A stretch of 64,000 nt of DNA from an uncultured virus (IMG/VR IMGVR_UViG_3300026057_000005) (lineage: Duplodnaviria > Heunggongvirae > Uroviricota > Caudoviricetes): IMG/VR virus record IMGVR_UViG_3300026057_000005; one strand, 5' to 3'. The notes beneath the pieces were generated by a model. It was not told where the DNA came from. It ran no database searches and saw only the letters and a list, made by a program, of their open reading frames with translations. Of this stretch, positions 54,887-61,981 are shown in pieces (the stretch's first letter is position 1; each line of letters opens with the position of its first letter). A program made the position numbers and the translations under genes.

Positions 54887-55288
54887 ATGGCCAACGTCGG
54901 AACGTACATCGCATCACGCGTTTCAAGGGCGCCGGCATGGAGAGCGCTGCGCGATGTCGATGGATGGAAGATCAGTTCCACCTGGATCGACGAGGCCGGC
55001 GACGGGGAATCTGCCGATCTCGGCGAGCTCTGGACAAGGATCGAGCGCGAGATCGCGACGTCCGAGCGACTGATCCTCTACGCGGTCACGGACGACTTTC
55101 CAATGAAGGGTGCGCTCGTGGAAGTCGGGATGGCGATCGCCAGCGTCATTCCGATCCGCGTCGTCGTGCCTGGCGTAGAAATCCATCCGAAATCTTTCAG
55201 GCCGCTCGGATCATGGGTCAGGCATCCGCTCGTGACGTTTTCGGAAACCATGGAAAGCGCGCTCGCTGGCGCGACCATTAGCCTCTAG
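54887..55288 (+). CDS. nucleoside 2-deoxyribosyltransferase-like protein
   Basis: YIAS...STWID...LILY...GALVEVGMAIA..IP. Confidence 0.65.
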   Translation: MANVGTYIASRVSRAPAWRALRDVDGWKISSTWIDEAGDGESADLGELWTRIEREIATSERLILYAVTDDFPMKGALVEVGMAIASVIPIRVVVPGVEIHPKSFRPLGSWVRHPLVTFSETMESALAGATISL

Positions 55289-55296
55289 AAACGTCA

Positions 55297-56208
55297 ATGC
55301 TTCTAAGCGTAATCGTCATCACCGCGCGAGCGCAGCCACAGATCGAGACGCTGATGCGCGCGATCGACGCGCAGGCGGTCTCCGGCGATGTCATCGAGCT
55401 CGTGCTCGTGGACTTCCTCGGGCGCTCGTTCACGGATCTCGATCTCGACAACACGTGGCTGGCGCAACGCACGGCGAGGCCTGCCCACATCGGATCGGTG
55501 AAGCTCTGCAAGCCGAAGCCGACGCCGTACCAGGGCGAGCATCGCGTGACATCGCGCGACCTGCACGCGATCGCGAACGCGCGCAACACGGGGTTCATCG
55601 TGTCCTCGATGCCGTACCTGGCATTCCTCGACGACCGCGTCACGCTCGGGGCGCGCTGGCTCGAGACGATCCGCGAATACGCGAAGCGCGGCGACGATGA
55701 CCGGGCGATCGCCGGTCCGTGCGACCGCCACGAATTCGGCGCGCGCGTGCGCGACGATCGCCGCCTGCGTAGCCCGAACGGGCGCGGCGACTGCCCTGGG
55801 GACTGGCTCTACGGCGGCAACTTCGCGCTCCCTCGCGCGCTGTACGAGCTCGTGAACGGCTGCGAGGAGGGTACTGATCCGTGCGGCCGTCAGGATCGCG
55901 TGCTCGGGATGATGCTGCGCAACAACGGCGTGCGCATCGACTTCCTGACCTCGATGGGTGTCGTGTTCGATCGCGACACCGCCAACAAGCCGCACCCGTT
56001 CCCGCGCCTGCGTCCCGGCGTGCCGCCGGCCGATAAGGCGCGCGCGATCCTGAAGCGGTACGGCGGACGGATGCGCACCGATCCGGCGACGACGCCAGAT
56101 CTGAAGGCGATGCGCCGGATCATCCTCGCCGGCGGTAAGTTTCCGTCGCACGCGTTCACCGCGGACAGCCGCGACTGGTTCGACAACACCCGATTCGGAG
56201 ACCTATAA
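55297..56208 (+). CDS. GT-A fold glycosyltransferase (GT2-like)
   Basis: LSVI...ELVLVD...ANARNTG...LAFLDD...YGGNF...VNG.EE...D. Confidence 0.75.
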   Translation: MLLSVIVITARAQPQIETLMRAIDAQAVSGDVIELVLVDFLGRSFTDLDLDNTWLAQRTARPAHIGSVKLCKPKPTPYQGEHRVTSRDLHAIANARNTGFIVSSMPYLAFLDDRVTLGARWLETIREYAKRGDDDRAIAGPCDRHEFGARVRDDRRLRSPNGRGDCPGDWLYGGNFALPRALYELVNGCEEGTDPCGRQDRVLGMMLRNNGVRIDFLTSMGVVFDRDTANKPHPFPRLRPGVPPADKARAILKRYGGRMRTDPATTPDLKAMRRIILAGGKFPSHAFTADSRDWFDNTRFGDL

Positions 56209-56209
56209 G

Positions 56210-56614
56210 ATGGCTAGCATCAACGATCCGCAGCCGGCCCCCCGCGCCGTCGAGGGTAGAACCCCGGCGTGGGAGCTTGTCATGCGCGACGCGCGCGATA
56301 TCTGCGTGATGTCGGAGCGCGTGCTCGAGGACATGGCCGAGCGCCACGCGATCGGGACGCGCAAGTACGGCGTCCCGCTCACTGCTGGCGACGGTCGCGA
56401 TCACTTGATCGATGCGTACCAGGAAGCGCTCGACCTCGCGGTGTACCTGCGCCAAGAGCTCGACGAGCAAGGTATCGTCGTCGACGTCAAGGTGATCATG
56501 TCGTTCGTCAGCGTGGAGCAACGCGAGATCATCGAGCTCTACGCGGGCGCGCTCACCAGTATAGCATCGCTCCGTCGCGTCATCGACGCGCGCGTGGCGC
56601 GGAGGTCCACATGA
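56210..56614 (+). CDS. all-alpha NTP pyrophosphatase-like phage protein
   Basis: R..IG..KYG..L....RD.L.DAYQEALDLAVYL. Confidence 0.55.
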   Translation: MASINDPQPAPRAVEGRTPAWELVMRDARDICVMSERVLEDMAERHAIGTRKYGVPLTAGDGRDHLIDAYQEALDLAVYLRQELDEQGIVVDVKVIMSFVSVEQREIIELYAGALTSIASLRRVIDARVARRST

Positions 56615-57279
56615 ACAACGAGCGCAAGTGTCTCGATCACGGCTACGTCGTACTGGTCGACTCGATGGGCGGCGATCGCACGCCCGCGCAGACCGCGCGC
56701 ACGAGCTATCGCAACAGCGGCGTCGCAAAGACTGTCGAGGAGGACGCGAAGCTGACGAGCTACCTCGTCAAGCACAAACACACAACGCCGCTCGAGTTCT
56801 GCCAGGTCCGCTACTACATGAAGTTGCCGATCTTCGCCGCGCGGCAGTTCATCCGCCATCGGACGGCGTCGGTCAACGAGGTCTCGTACCGCTACGTGAA
56901 GGCGGCGCGGGAATTCTACATCCCGACCGACGATCGGATGCAGCGTCAATCGGCAACCAACAAGCAAGGCTCGTCGAACGACGTCGTCGACAACCCGCTG
57001 AAGTGCCGCGAGATCATGCAGGCAGCGAACGACCGTGCGTTCGATGCCTACGACGCGCTGCTTTCCGAGGGACTTGCGGCCGAGCTCGCGCGCGCCGTAC
57101 TGCCCGTCGCGACGTACACGGAGTGGTACTGGCAACAGGATCTCCACAACCTCCTGCACCTGCTGCGGCTGCGGCTCGATTCGCACGCGCAGTACGAGAT
57201 CCGCGTCTACGCGGAGGCGATGCTCGATCTGATCAGGCCGCTATATCCGACGATCATCGCGGCATGGAGCGCAGTATGA
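56611..57279 (+). CDS. thyX: flavin-dependent thymidylate synthase
   Basis: ARTSY, HTTPLE, PIFAARQFIRHRTASVNEVSYRY, ELARAVLP, LRLDSHAQYEIR. Confidence 0.95.
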   Translation: MNNERKCLDHGYVVLVDSMGGDRTPAQTARTSYRNSGVAKTVEEDAKLTSYLVKHKHTTPLEFCQVRYYMKLPIFAARQFIRHRTASVNEVSYRYVKAAREFYIPTDDRMQRQSATNKQGSSNDVVDNPLKCREIMQAANDRAFDAYDALLSEGLAAELARAVLPVATYTEWYWQQDLHNLLHLLRLRLDSHAQYEIRVYAEAMLDLIRPLYPTIIAAWSAV

Positions 57280-58034
57280 CGCCGCGTGAGTCCGTCTTCG
57301 ATTCGCCGGGCACCGTCGGCAAGCGGCCGGGCGTCGGCGACCTGATGCGCACGATCGAGCGCGTCCTGCCCGACGGTGGAGACTGGTGCGATCTCCACAA
57401 GGCGCACACGCTCGCCGCGCTCGTGCTCGCGCTGCGCCCGCGCGTCATCGTCGAGATCGGCGTGTGGATGGGCGGCTCGCTCGTGCCGATGGCGCTGGCG
57501 CTGCAATGGCTCGACGCGCACGCGGCGCCGGCGCTCGAAAGACTCGAGCAACGCGGCAAGATCTACGGCATCGATCCATGGTCACCTGTCGCCAGCGTCG
57601 CCGGCGAAGACGATGCGACGAACGTCGCGTGGTGGAGCGGCGTCGACCATGAGACCGCGTACACGAAGCTCTTGCTTCGCATCGCCGATCTCGGACTCGC
57701 ACCGTACGTCGGCATCGCGCGAATCACGTCCGACGACTTCGAACCATCGATTCTTGGCGCGATGCCGGGCGTCGTGGGATGCGGGATCGATCTGATTCAC
57801 ATCGACGGCAATCACACCGAGCAAGCGCACCGCGACGCGAAGCGCTACCTGCCGCACGTTCGCGTCGGCGGCATCGTCGTGTTCGACGACGTCGGATGGG
57901 GCGGCGGCGGCGTCGCGCGCGGCGTCGAGTGGGCGCGCGAGCATGGCTTCGTCGACTTGTACGCGCTCGGCACCGGGCTCGTCATGCAGCGCGTCGCCGA
58001 CGCGTTGCATGACTTCGAGGAGGCGCTCACGTGA
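57276..58034 (+). CDS. class I SAM-dependent methyltransferase (Methyltransf_24-like)
   Basis: IVEIGVWMGGS, GIDPW, IDLIHIDGNH, GGIVVFDD. Confidence 0.85.
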   Translation: MTPRESVFDSPGTVGKRPGVGDLMRTIERVLPDGGDWCDLHKAHTLAALVLALRPRVIVEIGVWMGGSLVPMALALQWLDAHAAPALERLEQRGKIYGIDPWSPVASVAGEDDATNVAWWSGVDHETAYTKLLLRIADLGLAPYVGIARITSDDFEPSILGAMPGVVGCGIDLIHIDGNHTEQAHRDAKRYLPHVRVGGIVVFDDVGWGGGGVARGVEWAREHGFVDLYALGTGLVMQRVADALHDFEEALT

Positions 58035-58435
58035 GCAACTCGAAGAAGACGAAGGCGACGAAGACGAAGCCAAAACGCACGCACTACCCGCGCGCGAGAC
58101 GTCAGTACGATCCAGACGACGCGCCGCTGCGCATGCCGCCGCGACGTCGCGACTGGATCAAGGGCACGTATCAGGTCGGCGTGTTCGTTCGCACGCCGAC
58201 CGGATCGACGCTGATGATGGTCACGATGAAGCCCGCGCTCGAGATCACGGTCGAGCTCGCGATGCTTGCGATGGCCGCTTCTTCGGGCGAGACGCGCGAG
58301 GCGCGGCGGTCGCGCGTCAAGGCGGCGCTCGACGAGCACGGCAAGCACGTCGACGGCGTCCCGCAGGGCGGATGGATCGACGACGACGGCATCGACGCGA
58401 TCATCGCGGCGGTGCTCGGCACGAGGAAGCCGTGA
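58031..58435 (+). CDS. hypothetical protein
   Basis: GAGGAGG RBS and GTGA overlap. Confidence 0.6.
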   Translation: MSNSKKTKATKTKPKRTHYPRARRQYDPDDAPLRMPPRRRDWIKGTYQVGVFVRTPTGSTLMMVTMKPALEITVELAMLAMAASSGETREARRSRVKAALDEHGKHVDGVPQGGWIDDDGIDAIIAAVLGTRKP

Positions 58436-58593
58436 CCGCGACGGACTTCGTACGCGAGTTGTGCAAGCTCGCCCTCAGGCACGGCCGACCCGTCATCGCG
58501 ATCGACTTCGAGCCGGCGACCGACGGGAAAAGTCTTCAGTTGCGCTTCCATCTCAAAAACGATCACAAAAACGATCAAGGCAACGAAGGATGA
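58432..58593 (+). CDS. small hypothetical protein
   Basis: Coupled on both sides. Confidence 0.45.
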   Translation: MTATDFVRELCKLALRHGRPVIAIDFEPATDGKSLQLRFHLKNDHKNDQGNEG

Positions 58594-58769
58594 AGCCCAA
58601 CGTGTCCGAGGCCGCGCAGTCGCCGATGAACGCGCGCCGCTGGAAATGCGTCCTCGCGTGCGGCCACACGCAGTGGCACACCGCGAACAAGCGACCGAAG
58701 CACGTGCACTGCGTCGCGTGCGGCATCGAGAAGGGGCGCAACGCGCCCAGAAAGCCCGGGTCTCCGTGA
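58590..58769 (+). CDS. small Zn-finger protein
   Basis: LACGH...CVAC. Confidence 0.55.
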   Translation: MKPNVSEAAQSPMNARRWKCVLACGHTQWHTANKRPKHVHCVACGIEKGRNAPRKPGSP

Positions 58770-59416
58770 AGTTGTTCCCCTACTTCGGCGAGGGCGGTGT
58801 GTCGCGCCCGCTCGGCCTCGAGATGAGTCAGAACCGTCTCGCCGTCCCGACGTGGAGCTACGCGATGGAGATCGCTCCACCGGCGCGGATCGTCGAGATC
58901 GGGCACGCGGGCGGAGGCTTCACGACCGCGCTCGCGCTCCATGCTCACCTGATCGGTGCGGAGGTGTGGTCGTTCGACCTGTGTGCCGTCAACCAGCGCT
59001 ACGCGCCGATCGCTCACCAGTTCGGCGTTCACTTCGTGCAGATCGACGTGTGGGGTCAGGCAGCGCAGGAGCATCTCGAGCGCTTGATCGCGCGCCCGGG
59101 GCCGACGTTCGTCCTGTGCGACGGCGGCGACAAGCACCGCGAGCTCGCGCTGTTCGCGCCGTTCTGCAAACCGGGCGACGTACTCGCCGCGCACGACTAC
59201 GACGCGATGCACGAGCGCGATCCGTCGAGTGACCAGCTTGCGCGGCCGTGGCCCTGGTGCGAGACCCGCAAGGCGGTCGGCGACGAGGTCGCGCAAAAGC
59301 ACAACCTCGAGCCCTGGCTTCAGGAGCATTTCGATCTCGCCGGGTGGCTCGCGTACCGCAAGCGCGACGTGTCGCAGACGAGAGCGCGAGAAGTCTCGCG
59401 TCCGGAAGGCGCCTGA
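58766..59416 (+). CDS. SAM-dependent methyltransferase-like protein
   Basis: RIVEIGHAGGGFT, SFD, LCDGGDK, KPGDVLAAHDY; C-terminus encoded by a hairpin element. Confidence 0.75.
   Translation: MKLFPYFGEGGVSRPLGLEMSQNRLAVPTWSYAMEIAPPARIVEIGHAGGGFTTALALHAHLIGAEVWSFDLCAVNQRYAPIAHQFGVHFVQIDVWGQAAQEHLERLIARPGPTFVLCDGGDKHRELALFAPFCKPGDVLAAHDYDAMHERDPSSDQLARPWPWCETRKAVGDEVAQKHNLEPWLQEHFDLAGWLAYRKRDVSQTRAREVSRPEGA
59375..59406 (+). repeat. dispersed hairpin element, in-frame at the C-terminus (QTRAREVSRP)
   Basis: CAGACGAGAGCGCGAGAAGTCTCGCGTCCGGA. Confidence 0.85.
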
Positions 59417-59712
59417 TGGAGATCGACATCCCAAGCCCAGCGTTCGAGGTTAAGTCACACGAGTTGACCGACGAAGAGGACGAAGCATTGCTCACCGCAT
59501 GGCTTGCATGGTCCTCATTGAAATCTCCTGGCAACCTCGTGAATCTTCGCTGCGTTGTCGAACGCGTTCGATTCGAGGTAACGATCAGGCGCAGGACCGA
59601 AAAGATCAGCAGACTCGTCGACACTGGACGCAGACACAACGATCGTTACATCACGAACCGCGCCATCAAGATGATCGCCAACCTCGGAGCACACGACGAG
59701 GAGGACATATGA
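59416..59712 (+). CDS. hypothetical protein (lower GC)
   Basis: TGATG coupling. Confidence 0.5.
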   Translation: MEIDIPSPAFEVKSHELTDEEDEALLTAWLAWSSLKSPGNLVNLRCVVERVRFEVTIRRRTEKISRLVDTGRRHNDRYITNRAIKMIANLGAHDEEDI

Positions 59713-60644
59713 AGCTCGCCCTGACGATCATGACCGGCCGCGCCGACCCGAAGATCGAGTGGATCACGCAGTCGCTCGACCAGCAAGCGCGGACAGGCGA
59801 CGAGATCCACCTGATCGTCGTTAACGCGCTCCTCGCGCACGACGCCTCGCGCACGATCGACGTGGGTCCGGGGCGCTCGCCGAGCCATCCCTGGCTCGCG
59901 GGCGTCACGCACACCGCGCCCAAGCCGAACGTCTGGCAGGGCGCGCAGCGCGTGACGAGCTCAGACTGGTGGGCGACGTCGAACGCACGCAACACCGCGC
60001 TCGTCGTGTGCCCCGAAGGCTACGACTACCTCGCGTTCCTCGACGATCGTTGCCGACTCGGGCCGCACTGGCTCGACGCGGTCCGCGACGCGTACACGAA
60101 GCGGGCCTCCGTCATCGCGGGCGCGTACGTGAAGACGGAGGGGCCGGCCGACGATCCGCTCCAGCAGGTCACCGCGAAGGATCATCGCGCCGGGCTTCAC
60201 CCGAGCGGAAAGATCAACTGCGGTGGCGGTTGGCTCTACGGATGTTCGTTCGCGCTGCCGCTGGCGTGGGCGCTCGAGGTCAACGGCTTCGAGGAGGCGT
60301 GTGACGGGCTCACCGGCGAGGACTACATCTTCGGCCTCATGCTCGGCAACCGGGGGCGGCGCATCGACTACCGCACCGACATGCTCGTCATGCAGGACCG
60401 GACGCGCGGCAACGAGTCGTGCAAGGGGAGCTATCGCTGCACCGACAAGGGCGTGTCGCCGAACGATAAGTCGCACGCCGCGCTCGCGAGGTTCGGCAAG
60501 CGCGATCGCACCGACGCGCGGTTCACGCCCGACCTGACCGCGCTCCGCGCGCGCTACCAGCGCGGCGAAGGCTTCCCCGATGTCGATCGATCGATCGAGC
60601 ATCGCGACTGGTATGACGGACAACCCATTCGAGAGATGACCTGA
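59709..60644 (+). CDS. GT-A fold glycosyltransferase (paralogue of 55297..56208)
   Basis: PKPNVWQG..RVTS.D....SNARNT...YLAFLDDR...WLYG..FALP...VNGFEE..GED. Confidence 0.8.
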   Translation: MKLALTIMTGRADPKIEWITQSLDQQARTGDEIHLIVVNALLAHDASRTIDVGPGRSPSHPWLAGVTHTAPKPNVWQGAQRVTSSDWWATSNARNTALVVCPEGYDYLAFLDDRCRLGPHWLDAVRDAYTKRASVIAGAYVKTEGPADDPLQQVTAKDHRAGLHPSGKINCGGGWLYGCSFALPLAWALEVNGFEEACDGLTGEDYIFGLMLGNRGRRIDYRTDMLVMQDRTRGNESCKGSYRCTDKGVSPNDKSHAALARFGKRDRTDARFTPDLTALRARYQRGEGFPDVDRSIEHRDWYDGQPIREMT

Positions 60645-60647
60645 TCG

Positions 60648-60678
60648 CAGACGAGGACGCGATAGGATCGCGTCCGGA
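60648..60678 (+). repeat. dispersed hairpin element flanked by 12-bp direct repeats
   Basis: AGATGACCTGAT at 60634-60645 and 60680-60691. Confidence 0.95.
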
Positions 60679-60691
60679 AAGATGACCTGAT

Positions 60692-61261
60692 ATGCGCAAG
60701 ACCACCGTGACCTGCGATCGCTGTAGCCGAGACGTCGATACCGGCTACCTCGAGCTCTCGATCGACGGCTATCGAAAACTACACACGTGCTCCATCTGCA
60801 CGCCACTGCTCGTCGAATTCTTCGAGGCCGCCGGACGAAGCTACGCTGACGGTCTCGGATCGCTCACTCGCCATCAGCACGTCGAACGACTCGAAATCGC
60901 GAAGGACAACGACACCATCGCCGAACGGAACGGCGGATTACAGATCTCCAGCGACGGAGGTCGGCTGCCGCGGGTGATCCAGTCCATCGACGTGATCGGA
61001 GACCTCGACGGGTGGGAGATTTGCGACGTGTCCGTCGGCAATCGTAGGCAGTTCTCGCCCGATGGGCCGCGCTCTAATGCGGAGTGGATGGCGCAGTTCT
61101 CCAACATGAGCAAGGCGGACGCCGTCATGCCTCGCATGAAAGTAGCCATCGTCTTGATTCGTGTTGGTGATCCGATTCAGGTCTCGAAAGCGCCCGCGTT
61201 CGAGATCACGTTCCTGCGCTCCGGCTTCGCCGATCTCGCCGACGCCGAGGACAAGTTGTGA
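60692..61261 (+). CDS. Zn-finger fused to a capsid-like domain paralogue
   Basis: CDRC...CSIC then WEICDVSVGNRRQFSPDG, resembling WIINDITIGNRSQFAQSG. Confidence 0.6.
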   Translation: MRKTTVTCDRCSRDVDTGYLELSIDGYRKLHTCSICTPLLVEFFEAAGRSYADGLGSLTRHQHVERLEIAKDNDTIAERNGGLQISSDGGRLPRVIQSIDVIGDLDGWEICDVSVGNRRQFSPDGPRSNAEWMAQFSNMSKADAVMPRMKVAIVLIRVGDPIQVSKAPAFEITFLRSGFADLADAEDKL

Positions 61262-61479
61262 CCAAGCTCGAGGCGGCCGAAGGCGAGCTCAAGCACGCCG
61301 CGAAGGCGTACGGCAAGGCCGTCGGCGACGACGCCGTCGCATGGCGCGAGCTCGCGCGCGCGGCCCTGCGCTACGCCGCGGCGTGGACCGAAGACAGCGC
61401 ACGCAAGGCAGGGTCGGGGCTGCGCCAGGCGGGCGACTTCATCGCGGGGTTGCGCGGACGCGCACGGCGCACCGAGTAG
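61258..61479 (+). CDS. small helical protein
   Basis: GTGA overlap. Confidence 0.5.
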   Translation: MTKLEAAEGELKHAAKAYGKAVGDDAVAWRELARAALRYAAAWTEDSARKAGSGLRQAGDFIAGLRGRARRTE

Positions 61480-61484
61480 CCTCA

Positions 61485-61561
61485 TAGGCGATGACGCGAA
61501 TTTTCGCGTCCGGAAGATTGCTAAGATTCGCAGACGAGGACGCGAAATTTTCGCGTCCGCA
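61485..61561 (+). repeat. tandem pair of hairpin elements (61485-61514 degenerate; 61531-61561)
   Basis: TAGGCGATGACGCGAATTTTCGCGTCCGGA and CAGACGAGGACGCGAAATTTTCGCGTCCGCA. Confidence 0.9.
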
Positions 61562-61574
61562 AGAGGAAGTGACC

Positions 61575-61739
61575 ATGCCGAACCCCGTCAAGACGACCAT
61601 GAACCTTCGCGTGCTGCCGAGTGTCAAGCAGCGCGCGAAGGACGCCGCGAAGAAGGCGCATCAATCGCTGACCGCGTGGCTCACGACGATCATCGAAGCG
61701 AACACGCCCGACACCGACGAGAAGCGGACTCGGCGATGA
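61575..61739 (+). CDS. ribbon-helix-helix (Arc/HicB-like) regulator
   Basis: TTMNLRVLPSVKQRAKDAAKKAHQSLTAWL; GAGGA RBS. Confidence 0.75.
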   Translation: MPNPVKTTMNLRVLPSVKQRAKDAAKKAHQSLTAWLTTIIEANTPDTDEKRTRR

Positions 61740-61981
61740 GCTCGCGCGCAAGGATGCTCGCTGTCGCCGCTGCGTCTATCGGGCTGCCGACCTGGATGGA
61801 CGACAACTTCGAGCCACGCATCATCGTGCCGCCGTCGATCCCCAAACCGAAGACGCCGCGCGACGCCGCCCGAGACGACCGGCCGGTGCATGTCTCGAAC
61901 CGGCGCGCGAAGAAGCGCCGCGGCTGGTAGGGGTGCCCGAACGAGGGCGCGATTCGACCGCTCGAATGGTACGATGCCCCC

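Noticed and set aside
5280..61561. Hairpin repeats as a CRISPR array
   Set aside because: Copies are scattered on both strands at irregular kb-scale distances, with no uniform spacers and no cas genes.
61575..61930. Toxin-antitoxin pair (RHH gene plus downstream small ORF)
   Set aside because: The downstream ORF shows no recognisable toxin motif.
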